Positions 1 through 8,522 of a stretch of DNA of 38,477 bases are shown piece by piece. Source of the DNA: an uncultured Methanospirillum sp. GTDB taxonomy: Archaea > Halobacteriota > Methanomicrobia > Methanomicrobiales > Methanospirillaceae. Position 1 is the first letter of the stretch. Each line of letters begins with the position of its first letter. The DNA lies in assembly GCA_964637135.1 (NCBI GenBank), contig CAZWTX010000026.1, positions 1-38,477 on the forward strand, given 5' to 3'. Both the position numbers and the translations under genes were made by a program. The notes beneath the pieces were generated by a model, which saw only the letters and a list, made by a program, of their open reading frames with translations, was not told where the DNA came from and did not search any database.

Positions 1-1
1 T

Positions 2-58
2 AAGCAGGGAGCAGAAATACGGGCTGCAACGGCTCTGCTGAAAAAATACCATGGGTAG
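2..58 (+). CDS. Possible 3' end of an upstream gene (KQGAEIRAATALLKKYHG*)
   Basis: Open frame from the window edge to TAG at 56-58; too short to identify. Confidence 0.3.
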   Translation, partial: KQGAEIRAATALLKKYHG

Positions 59-143
59 CCAGGAGGATTCCTGAACAATGAAACCCGGGGTACGGGATAC
101 ATTAATATAATTTAACGCCCATGAGAACTATTGAGGTGCAATC

Positions 144-455
144 ATGGAGCGGTTACCATCCCCCCTGGTACTCACCCTCCTGGCGTCCGTCCTGATCCTG
201 CTACTGCTGATCATTCCCGCAGCATCAGCATCGGATGATTACCTGGATGGTGGTTTCCTTGGTGTGCCAAAATGGGTATATGACCGGTGGTCAGATCCCT
301 CACTGATCAGCGGAGTAATCGGTGGAGGCAATGGTGGAACCATCCCCCGGCTCAGCAGGGGATACTACACAAGAAAAGAGCCTGTTCAACCGGCTATGCC
401 GTTATCACCGTTCAGGTACTGGCGGTACCCGTCATTCAGGGTCTTTTCGCCCTGA
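144..455 (+). CDS. Small hypothetical secreted protein
   Basis: GAGGTG RBS at 134-139, AT-rich TATA-like box at about 101-115, hydrophobic signal peptide ending PAASA, T-run after the stop. Confidence 0.7.
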   Translation: MERLPSPLVLTLLASVLILLLLIIPAASASDDYLDGGFLGVPKWVYDRWSDPSLISGVIGGGNGGTIPRLSRGYYTRKEPVQPAMPLSPFRYWRYPSFRVFSP

Positions 456-547
456 CCTGTTCGGTCCTTTTTTCTGCAATAACAGGCAGGGAGGAGAGAT
501 GCCTGTTTCTGGATTATCCTGAATACTGATCCGGCTGGACGGGCAGG

Positions 548-907
548 TTAATGTCCGCTGCAGGTATGATCGTGATTGCTGCAGGCGGAACCGGCATTTT
601 TCAGTTTGCCTGAGAAGTATTCCTGGGCAATGAGATCTATGGATCCTGACGCCCCGAGAATTACCTCAATACCCTGCTCATGAAAGAGATCGATAGCCCG
701 CTGTCCCATCCCCCCGGCAATGATGGTATTTACCCCATGGGAGGCAAGGTATGGCGGTAATTTCCCGGGTTCATGACCAGGATTCGGAATATATCCCGTG
801 TGGGAGATCATCGAATCTGAAACCGTATACAATGCATAATCTTCACAATGTCCGAAATGGCCCGAGACCATCGAACCATCCCGTGCAATGGCAACTTTTT
901 CTACCAT
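548..907 (-). CDS. NifB/NifX-family (dinitrogenase FeMo-cofactor biosynthesis-like) protein
   Basis: KVAIA...VSGHFGHC...IIAGGMG.RA motifs; start moved to ATG 907, downstream of GGAGGT; Cys/His C-terminal tail. Confidence 0.88.
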   Translation of the reverse strand: MVEKVAIARDGSMVSGHFGHCEDYALYTVSDSMISHTGYIPNPGHEPGKLPPYLASHGVNTIIAGGMGQRAIDLFHEQGIEVILGASGSIDLIAQEYFSGKLKNAGSACSNHDHTCSGH

Positions 908-1100
908 GTATCTTCGTAAACCTCCGGTTTTCTTCTTCTCAGCCGGTTCCGGCTCTCTGTCATGCATACCATCCATCGGCAATCAGCCTGATGAAGCAGG
1001 CGAGGGAACCAGCCGTTCTTACCTGGCCGGCGTCTTTCATGATAAGAGCGGGTATACCCGCCCTGCCTATGGGAACGTACGAGCCATGGTGCACTGCACC

Positions 1101-1124
1101 ATTATTACTCATATGAGTAATAAT
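1101..1124. promoter_or_regulatory. Perfect 24-bp palindrome ATTATTACTCATATGAGTAATAAT, candidate operator
   Basis: Exact reverse-complement symmetry; intergenic; related copy at 3488-3511. Confidence 0.75.
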
Positions 1125-1402
1125 TAATGAATCTTTTCATCCGGCTGCCGGGAAGCGTTCCGGCAGAGAGAGTCGTGGTATTTAGGGCAGTATTCCGGGT
1201 TTCTCCGGGGACACCGGTCATCTAATCGCCGGCTACACCCGCTCATCTCAATCCTTTTTCCGTGGATGAGGGCATCGGTGACTTTCCGGCGGGCTTCNNN
1301 NNNNNNNNNNNNNNNNNNNNNNNNNNNNNNNNNNNNNNNNNNNNNNNNNNNNNNNNNNNNNNNNNNNNNNNNNNNNNNNNNNNNNNNNNNNNNNNNNATC
1401 AT
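1124..1402 (-). CDS. DUF134-family putative HTH DNA-binding protein (interrupted by an assembly gap)
   Basis: Visible C-terminal part EARRKVTDALIHGKRIEMSG matches the DUF134 tail; ATGA overlap with the upstream ATPase; typical gene context. Confidence 0.75.
   Translation of the reverse strand: MXXXXXXXXXXXXXXXXXXXXXXXXXXXXXXXXXXEARRKVTDALIHGKRIEMSGCSRRLDDRCPRRNPEYCPKYHDSLCRNASRQPDEKIH
1298..1397. other. Assembly gap (100 N, true size unknown)
   Basis: Run of N. Confidence 1.
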
Positions 1403-2274
1403 CCGGTGCCATGGCTATAGATACTCTTCTCTATATCTGTTGCAATCTTCCTTATGGCCTCTGGTCCGGGACCAGAAGCATCAGCAATGCATACACTCCC
1501 GTCAGCACCCCGTGAGAGGATCGGATCATACGGGATCTCACCGAGGACTGCCATCCCCTCTCCAGAGGCATATTCCCGTATCGTGGTCGCGATCCCGGGG
1601 TGAAGATCCGCCTTGTTCAGGACAAGAAACAGTTGCGGGCAGAACTGGCGGCATACCGGGACCAGCCGCCTGAGATCATGGAGGGCGCTGAGCGTTGGTT
1701 CGGTTACCAGTATCACGAGGTGTACCCCCGTCACCGCCGACCTGACCGGGCATCCGATCCCGGGTGGTCCGTCTATAAGGATGAGATCAGCAGTTCCGGC
1801 GGCCCGACGTGCTTTTTCACGGATCTTGTGAATGAGAAGACCTGAATTCCCCATTCCCGGGTACAGCTCGGCACCGATAAAGAGATCATTGCCCGCCCGT
1901 CCCTCGCAGATATACCCGGTCTCCCGTTTCTCCATACGGACGGCATCCACCGGGCATACAATCGTGCATACGGCACAGCCCTCGCATTCAACGGGGTTTA
2001 CCGTATACTGTTCATCGAAGGTGATCGCTTCAAACCGGCATGAATCCATACAGGAACCACAGGCAATACAGGCAGAAGGATCTATTACGGCGACATCCAT
2101 GCCATGAAAAACCTCCGTCCCCGTATAGGTCGGCCGGATAGTAACAGCAAGGTTTGCCGCATCGACATCGGCATCGACCAGGATCTTCCTGCCGGGAAGC
2201 AGGGTGGCCAGGGCAGCAGTGAGGGTGGTCTTCCCGGTACCCCCCTTGCCGCTCAGAACAACTGCCTGAATCAC
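1399..2274 (-). CDS. MinD-superfamily P-loop ATPase with inserted 2x[4Fe-4S] ferredoxin domain
   Basis: SGKGGTGKTT, DADVD, two CxxCxxCxxxC motifs, DGPPGIGC, VTEPT. Confidence 0.93.
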   Translation of the reverse strand: MIQAVVLSGKGGTGKTTLTAALATLLPGRKILVDADVDAANLAVTIRPTYTGTEVFHGMDVAVIDPSACIACGSCMDSCRFEAITFDEQYTVNPVECEGCAVCTIVCPVDAVRMEKRETGYICEGRAGNDLFIGAELYPGMGNSGLLIHKIREKARRAAGTADLILIDGPPGIGCPVRSAVTGVHLVILVTEPTLSALHDLRRLVPVCRQFCPQLFLVLNKADLHPGIATTIREYASGEGMAVLGEIPYDPILSRGADGSVCIADASGPGPEAIRKIATDIEKSIYSHGTG

Positions 2275-3128
2275 CGGCTCCCCCCGGCAAGAGACATACA
2301 GGTCTGCCCGAGACGTTCAAATCCTGATCTCCAGGTGTCGTCCACCTGGCTGATCGGTGTTCCGCCTGCCTGGAGGTAGGCAATTTCACGGGAGAAAGGA
2401 ATGGTCATGAGAACCGGTATCTCTTCGTCTGCACAGAACCGGGTAATGGATTCGTCATTGCCGAGACTCCGGTTTATCACCACGGCTGCGGGTTTTTGAA
2501 GAATCCGGATCACTTCGGTCATCTGGATCAGGTCATGCAGTCCGAAGGGGGTCGGTTCGGTCACCAGCAAGCAGAAGTCGGCATCCTTCACCGATTCAAT
2601 CGCGAGACAGGCGGTGCCGGGAGGTCCGTCTGCGATGATCACCGATTCATCCCTGATGTGGTTCTTAACCGCCTTCAGAACAGCCGTACTATGAATGCTC
2701 TCTTCCGAGAGGATCCCGCAGACCAGCCGGATCCCGGGGAGGGGATGTGAATCGGTGATCTCCCCGCAATGGATCCCGGTCTCAGCTATTGCCGTTTCAG
2801 GGCAGATGATCTGGCACCCGCCACAGGAATGGCAGAGTTCAGGATTGACCAGCACCCGGTCCGGCAGGACGACAAGAGCCCCGTACCTGCAGAACTCCCC
2901 GCATGCACCGCAATGAGTGCACCTGCCCGGATCAATCGCGGGAACGGGAACCGTAACCGGCCGGCTGTATACCGGAACGCCAGAATAAAAAAACTGGCTG
3001 AGATCAGGCTCTTCGACGTCAAAATCCGCCAGACAGACAGGGGTGCGGGAAGAAAGGGTGAGTGCCAGGTTGACAGAGACCGTCGTTTTGCCGGTACCCC
3101 CTTTCCCGCTCAGCACAACAATCCGCAT
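2271..3128 (-). CDS. MinD-superfamily P-loop ATPase with inserted 2x[4Fe-4S] ferredoxin domain
   Basis: SGKGGTGKTT, DFDVEEP, two CxxCxxCxxxC motifs, DGPPGTAC, VTEPTPFGLHDL. Confidence 0.93.
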   Translation of the reverse strand: MRIVVLSGKGGTGKTTVSVNLALTLSSRTPVCLADFDVEEPDLSQFFYSGVPVYSRPVTVPVPAIDPGRCTHCGACGEFCRYGALVVLPDRVLVNPELCHSCGGCQIICPETAIAETGIHCGEITDSHPLPGIRLVCGILSEESIHSTAVLKAVKNHIRDESVIIADGPPGTACLAIESVKDADFCLLVTEPTPFGLHDLIQMTEVIRILQKPAAVVINRSLGNDESITRFCADEEIPVLMTIPFSREIAYLQAGGTPISQVDDTWRSGFERLGQTCMSLAGGSR

Positions 3129-3140
3129 ATACCCGGTAGA

Positions 3141-3473
3141 TCAGGCAGATGAAAGGTTACCAGCCTTCCAGGAGGTATAGAGGGATCTGACTGATTCCCC
3201 GGTTTTACATGGAATGAACACGATCCCGGCTGCCTTGATTGCTTCATCTGCATTGCCCCCCAGCTGCGGGGCAATGAGATGAGTAACCCCGTGCGAGGAG
3301 ATCATCTGGGCAACCTTGGGACCAACCCCACCCGATCCGTTACGGAAGGAGTTCTCCAGGATCTCATGGGTCCCCTTTTCATCATCGAATATCACAAATG
3401 CAAACGCCCGTCCGAACCGCCCGTCAACCGGGCTGTCAGGGGATGCTGCCTCAGCAGGAATACAGATCTTCAT
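3141..3473 (-). CDS. NifB/NifX-family protein
   Basis: MKICIP...VDGRFGRA.AFVIFD...LEN...GGVG...LGGNA. Confidence 0.9.
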   Translation of the reverse strand: MKICIPAEAASPDSPVDGRFGRAFAFVIFDDEKGTHEILENSFRNGSGGVGPKVAQMISSHGVTHLIAPQLGGNADEAIKAAGIVFIPCKTGESVRSLYTSWKAGNLSSA

Positions 3474-3487
3474 GGTATCATCAATTG

Positions 3488-3511
3488 ATTATTGCTCATA
3501 TGAGATAAATT
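3488..3511. promoter_or_regulatory. Degenerate second copy of the palindrome (ATTATTGCTCATATGAGATAAATT), overlapping the likely TATA box of the NifX operon
   Basis: Core CTCATATGAG identical and left half 11/12 identical to the 1101 site; about 15 bp upstream of ATG 3473. Confidence 0.65.
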
Positions 3512-3740
3512 GACAACCTCATCGTCTATCAACGTAACCCTACCGCGCGATGATCGAAGATTCCCGGAAAATCGAATCCTGAGATCTCATGATTTTCAGT
3601 TTTTTTTAAGGGAGCAGAATCGCAAAAAATGAGAGACTCAATTTTTCTTGATCGCAGATTCGGAAATTTTGATCTAATGCAAAAAATGTCGGCTGGGCCA
3701 CAGGGAAAATCCTTATTATTATCGGATTTTGTGGATTTTG

Positions 3741-3779
3741 TTTATAAATTGGCGACATTTCGAAAAGTTTAACTAAATA
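3741..3779 (+). promoter_or_regulatory. Candidate BRE/TATA promoter elements of the mtr operon
   Basis: TTTATAAA at 3741 and CGAAAAG-TTTAACTA at 3761-3775; which one is used cannot be determined. Confidence 0.45.
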
Positions 3780-3883
3780 CTGACCAACTAATCTTTTACC
3801 ACAAAGCGTATACACGCCAGTGTGTGGTATTGCATCGTGAGTACTCTTGTGTCTGATCTGTTTAACGCAGGAGATAGGTTTAC

Positions 3884-4783
3884 ATGGAAGAGATTGTATT
3901 AGGCATTGGTATTACTGCATTGGCGGGAGCTCTTGCCACAGTTGCCGGTGCTGCGGAAGATACTGAATCTGATATCGGATCACAGGGTGACCCGAACTCC
4001 CAGGTTCAGCTCGCTCCGCAGATGGGATATATCCACCGCATCTTCAACAAGGCAGTCTCCGGCGAGCCACCAGCATACGGGCTGTGGTGTGCTATTGGAG
4101 CTGGAGTCGCCTGGGCTCTCATGCAGTTAAACTTCAACCCGGCTCTTGCTATTATTCTTGGTTCAATTGTTGCCGTTTTCGTTCAGGGTATCTACTGTAC
4201 ATCAGGGTACCTCGGACGTACCGCAAGCCTGGCCAAGTTTAAGCAGCCGGTGTACATCGACATCATCAAGTCATTGACTTCGGTGACGATGGCCCACGCG
4301 TTTGTCGCGTTATTCTGTACCACAGCAATGTGTTACCTGATGGCGACAGCGCTGCACCACCCGTTTGCACTTCCGCTCCTCGGACTCATCTGGGGAATTG
4401 CGCTTGGTGCAGCAGGTTCAGCAACCGGTAACCCGTTCTACGGAAAGGAACGCCAGTACCAGACCCAGAAGTTTGGTGCCGGTGTCCCGATCTCTGCATC
4501 CGGAAACATCGTCCGGTACGCAGAAGCCGGCCAGCGGTCATCCCTTGACAACGGCTGGTTCACCACCAAGTTCGCCGGCCCGGCATCAGGAATCTGTTTT
4601 GGTCTGATCGTGTTCCTTGAACTCTGGCGTACCGTCCTCTTCGAGGAGATGTTCGCCGGTTGGGGAGCAATCATCGCCGGAATCGTTCTTATCCTGATCT
4701 TCACCTACATCGACCGCTGGGTTGAGAAGTGGGGACGCAAGACCTACGGACCATACACTAAGCCTGAGGAGGCCTCATCATGA
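3884..4783 (+). CDS. mtrE: Tetrahydromethanopterin S-methyltransferase subunit E
   Basis: AEDTESDIGSQGDPNSQVQLAPQMG...NKAVSGEP signature. Confidence 0.97.
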   Translation: MEEIVLGIGITALAGALATVAGAAEDTESDIGSQGDPNSQVQLAPQMGYIHRIFNKAVSGEPPAYGLWCAIGAGVAWALMQLNFNPALAIILGSIVAVFVQGIYCTSGYLGRTASLAKFKQPVYIDIIKSLTSVTMAHAFVALFCTTAMCYLMATALHHPFALPLLGLIWGIALGAAGSATGNPFYGKERQYQTQKFGAGVPISASGNIVRYAEAGQRSSLDNGWFTTKFAGPASGICFGLIVFLELWRTVLFEEMFAGWGAIIAGIVLILIFTYIDRWVEKWGRKTYGPYTKPEEASS

Positions 4784-5622
4784 GTGCACTCGGAGGTGCA
4801 GCAGCCGGAGGTGAAGGCATCAACTGGACCGGAACGATCGTTGGTATCGTCATCATCCTCATCTCGATCGCCATCACATACGCTCTCGGCCTTTCAGTCG
4901 CCCCCCTGATCGGAATCATCGTCGGTGGTGCCCTGATCGGGTTCGGTGTTCACTTCGTCCCGGTCGGAGGTGCTCCGGCCGCTATGGGTCAGGCTCCCGG
5001 TATCGCTACCGGTGTGGCCATGCTGGCAGCCGGAGCCGGTCTTGCCGGTCTCTTTGGCGGTGCCTGGGCGTATGAAGCAACAGGCGATTTCCTTGTTGCA
5101 ATCGCCGGTGGTGCAGTCGGTGGTGGTCTCATGATGGCAATCACCTGTCTCATGGTCAACATCACCTATGTCTTTGCCATGGGTATTCCGGCAGCATCAG
5201 GTAAGGTCGAGAAAGACCCAATCACCGGTGATACCTTCCCCGAGTACAAGTCTCAGGGTACCGAAGGGCACGGTCTGCCGTTCGTCTCCTTCTTCGGAGG
5301 AGTTGTCGGGGGATTCATCGCCGGTCTTGGCGGTACGCTCATCTACCTTGAACTGCTCGACGTGTACCACACCGGTCTGCCCACCCTGCTTTCCGCAGAG
5401 GCAGAAGCAATCCAGCCACTTGCCATCTCACTTGCAGGTATCTTTGCTATCGGATTCTTCCTTGTGAATGCAGTGCTGGCAGCATACAACATCACCGGAA
5501 CCATCGAAGGTCCGCATGACCCCAAGTTCAAGCGAGTGCCACGTGCCGTTATCGGCTGTGCCGTCGCTTCAGCATTCTGTGGTATGATCTCGATCCTTCT
5601 GGTCGTCAACACCGGGATGTAA
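4780..5622 (+). CDS. mtrD: Mtr subunit D
   Basis: VHFVPVGGAPAAM, GTEGHGLP, YNITGTIEGPHDPKFK. Confidence 0.97.
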   Translation: MSALGGAAAGGEGINWTGTIVGIVIILISIAITYALGLSVAPLIGIIVGGALIGFGVHFVPVGGAPAAMGQAPGIATGVAMLAAGAGLAGLFGGAWAYEATGDFLVAIAGGAVGGGLMMAITCLMVNITYVFAMGIPAASGKVEKDPITGDTFPEYKSQGTEGHGLPFVSFFGGVVGGFIAGLGGTLIYLELLDVYHTGLPTLLSAEAEAIQPLAISLAGIFAIGFFLVNAVLAAYNITGTIEGPHDPKFKRVPRAVIGCAVASAFCGMISILLVVNTGM

Positions 5623-5632
5623 GGAGGATATC

Positions 5633-6526
5633 ATGTCAGTAAAAATGGAAGCATCAGAAGGCAAGATGCCTCACAACAAACTGATGGCGTACGGTATCAT
5701 TATCGCCGTAGTCGGTACCTACCTGACCTATCTCAATGTTCTCACGGGCACTGCAGTGTTCTCCTTCTTCGGAGGAATTGCTGCAGTCGCCGCACTCTGG
5801 TGGGGATCTGATACCATCAAGCACCTCTGCAGTTATGGTCTCGGGACCGGTGTCCCGTCCGCAGGTATGATCGCCTTTGGATCGGGTGCCATCGCAATGA
5901 TCGTCGGAACCAAGTTCGGGATGATCTCGCCGATCACGACCCTTATCATTGCAGCAATCCTTGGTGCCGTCATCGGGTACATTGCGAACAACATCATTAA
6001 CATGAACATTCCGGTTATGATCATGTCCCTCATGGAGATGGCCGTCATCGGAGCAATGACCATGCTCGGCTTTGCCGCAATGTGCACCGGTTCATTCCAG
6101 TTCCAGAACCTTGTTATCGGGGGAATGAGCCTCTCCGTGGAGCCTGCAACAGCAGTCGGCGGAGCACAGACATTCCTCGTAACGGCAATTCCGGAGTTTG
6201 GAGGATCGCTGATTGGTGGAGCAGCACTCGCCGTGATCTTTTTCCTCGGCGCACTTGCACTCCAGCACCCGTTCAACGCCTGTCTCGGGCCAAACGAGTC
6301 TCAGGACAGAACGCTCATGCTCGCGCTCTCATGCGGGTTCCTCTCCATGATTGTCGTTGCCGTCATGTCCTTTGCATTCCTTGACCTGCTCTCTGCAACA
6401 GTCAGTCTGATCATTGCCCTGCTCGCATGGTTCTACTGCTACAAACAGTATATCGATCTCTCCAGGCGTGACGCATATGACTGGCTTGACGCAAAGCCGA
6501 TCATTGAGGCCGGAGGTGACCAGTAA
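5633..6526 (+). CDS. mtrC: Mtr subunit C
   Basis: SYGLGTGVPS, HPFNACLGPNESQDRTL. Confidence 0.97.
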   Translation: MSVKMEASEGKMPHNKLMAYGIIIAVVGTYLTYLNVLTGTAVFSFFGGIAAVAALWWGSDTIKHLCSYGLGTGVPSAGMIAFGSGAIAMIVGTKFGMISPITTLIIAAILGAVIGYIANNIINMNIPVMIMSLMEMAVIGAMTMLGFAAMCTGSFQFQNLVIGGMSLSVEPATAVGGAQTFLVTAIPEFGGSLIGGAALAVIFFLGALALQHPFNACLGPNESQDRTLMLALSCGFLSMIVVAVMSFAFLDLLSATVSLIIALLAWFYCYKQYIDLSRRDAYDWLDAKPIIEAGGDQ

Positions 6527-6810
6527 TGTCCTGGATTCCGGTCCTTCCCGAGTTTGGTCTCGGGTGTGACGTATTTGCCGGGTTTGTTACCCAGCAGGGA
6601 GAGTCCCTGGCCCCGATCATCGCCCAGGTCGATACACTCGACAAGGTTGCCGATGACATCGTCGGTATGCTCTCCGGTGAGGGTAGTTTCCTTGAAACCT
6701 TCCCGAACCGTGAAAAGTCTCTGGTCTACGCCGGTGGTATCACTGCCATATTCTACGGACTGGCAGTTGGTCTCCTGCTTGCCGGTGTAATCGTCCTGGC
6801 ATTAATGTGA
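6526..6810 (+). CDS. mtrB: Mtr subunit B
   Basis: FPNRE motif, C-terminal TM helix, operon position. Confidence 0.93.
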   Translation: MSWIPVLPEFGLGCDVFAGFVTQQGESLAPIIAQVDTLDKVADDIVGMLSGEGSFLETFPNREKSLVYAGGITAIFYGLAVGLLLAGVIVLALM

Positions 6811-6820
6811 GGTGAACGAT

Positions 6821-7558
6821 ATGGCAAACAAAAAATCACCGGCCTCAGGATGGCCGATTATTCAGGGTGACTTCCACGCAGGTGACCCAAACAGCCCTGT
6901 CGCCGTCGTCACGATGGGATCTCACCTTGATGAACAGGCGATCGTCGACGCAGGAGCAGCAATTGCCGGATCCTGTAAGACAGAAAACCTCGGACTTGAA
7001 AAGGTTCTTGCAAACGTCATCTCAAACCCGAACATCAGATTTGTCCTGACCTGTGGTACCGAAGTAAAAGGCCACCTCTCCGGACAGAGTCTTATTGCCC
7101 TGCATAAGGGTGGTGTTGACGGTGGAAAGATCGTCGGTTCCAAGGGTGCAATTCCATTCATCGAAAACCTGACCGGGGACCACATAAAAAGGTTCCAGGA
7201 ACAGATCGAGATCGTCGACGTAATGGAAACTGAGGATCTCGGACAGATCAAGGCCAAGATCGATGAGCTGAAAGGCCGCGATCCGGGAGCCTTCGATGCT
7301 GACCCGATGGTCGTTGAAATCTCTGATGATTCAGGTGCCGGTGGCGAAGCAGAAGGCGGAGAAGTCCGTCCGATGTCAGCAGAGGTTGCCCTGATCCATG
7401 CCCGGATGAAAACCATCCAGGGAATGGTTACCGATATCGGTTTCTATGACAAGTTTGCAGCCGGTGTGTACGGCGGCAAGGTTGAAGGACTGATGATCGG
7501 ACTGGTTGTATCCTTTGTGATCGTCGGATTACTCCTGATGCAGCACGGAGGGGCATAA
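6821..7558 (+). CDS. mtrA: Mtr subunit A (corrinoid-binding)
   Basis: [32 protein letters not shown]-terminal TM helix; ATG 6821 follows GAGGTG. Confidence 0.97.
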   Translation: MANKKSPASGWPIIQGDFHAGDPNSPVAVVTMGSHLDEQAIVDAGAAIAGSCKTENLGLEKVLANVISNPNIRFVLTCGTEVKGHLSGQSLIALHKGGVDGGKIVGSKGAIPFIENLTGDHIKRFQEQIEIVDVMETEDLGQIKAKIDELKGRDPGAFDADPMVVEISDDSGAGGEAEGGEVRPMSAEVALIHARMKTIQGMVTDIGFYDKFAAGVYGGKVEGLMIGLVVSFVIVGLLLMQHGGA

Positions 7559-7761
7559 TGGCAGACGAAGAGATGAAATCAGGCCCGGTACGGATGGCAG
7601 CAATCGATGCCATGGTCAGTAACATGAAGTACAAGGGCCAGATCCTTGCACGAACGAACAAACTTGAATCAGCCATCATGGGCAGTGGAATCATTGGGTT
7701 CACGATTGGACTTGTTGTTGCCCTGATCATGGTTGTTCCGGTGCTCCTGGGGGTTGCCTGA
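7558..7761 (+). CDS. mtrF: Mtr subunit F
   Basis: [16 protein letters not shown] plus TM helix. Confidence 0.92.
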   Translation: MADEEMKSGPVRMAAIDAMVSNMKYKGQILARTNKLESAIMGSGIIGFTIGLVVALIMVVPVLLGVA

Positions 7762-7762
7762 A

Positions 7763-8509
7763 ATGGCAGAGAAAGGAGATGCAGCATCAGGCTGGCCAAT
7801 CGTCCAGGGTGACTTTCATACCGGGGATGCAAAAAGCCCGGTTGCAGTCATCACCATGGGATCCCACCTTGATGAGCAGGCAATCTGTAATGCAGGTGCC
7901 GCAATCGCCGGTTCCTGTAAGACCGAAAACCTCGGGCTTGAGAAGGTCATTGCAAATGTCATCTCAAATCCGAACATCCGGTTTGTGCTCACCTGTGGTA
8001 CCGAAGTGAAAGGACACCTCTCCGGGCAGAGCCTCATCGCCCTGCACCAGAACGGTGTCGACGGTGGAAAGATCGTCGGCTCCAAGGGTGCCATTCCGTT
8101 CATTGAAAACCTCACCGTTGATCACATCAAGCGGTTCCAGGAACAGGTCGAGATCGTCGACATCATGGAGTCTGAGGACATCGGAGCGATATCCTCAAAG
8201 ATCAACGAGCTTCAGGCCAGGGATCCGGGAGTCTTCCCAGGTGGCCCGGTTGTCGTCGAGATCGCGGAAGAAGGTGCAGGAGGCGGAGCCGCATCAGCAG
8301 CAACCGCGAACCCGCAGTTCCTTGAAATCGAGTCAAAACTTGACGCTATCGAGACAAAACTCGAATTTGTCGAGGGTGAGATGGCCCAGCGGGTCGGCCG
8401 TAAGGTCGGTCGGGACATCGGTATTCTCTATGGTATCGTCGCAGGTCTGACGACCTACGTCATTATTACGGAATTACTTCCGAAACTGCTTGAAATAATC
8501 GCAAAATAA
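7763..8509 (+). CDS. mtrA: MtrA-MtrG fusion (second MtrA domain plus MtrG C-terminus)
   Basis: N-terminal MtrA domain highly similar to 6821-7558; C-terminal [11 protein letters not shown]...[16 protein letters not shown] is MtrG. Confidence 0.95.
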   Translation: MAEKGDAASGWPIVQGDFHTGDAKSPVAVITMGSHLDEQAICNAGAAIAGSCKTENLGLEKVIANVISNPNIRFVLTCGTEVKGHLSGQSLIALHQNGVDGGKIVGSKGAIPFIENLTVDHIKRFQEQVEIVDIMESEDIGAISSKINELQARDPGVFPGGPVVVEIAEEGAGGGAASAATANPQFLEIESKLDAIETKLEFVEGEMAQRVGRKVGRDIGILYGIVAGLTTYVIITELLPKLLEIIAK

Positions 8510-8522
8510 GAGGTGATCATAA

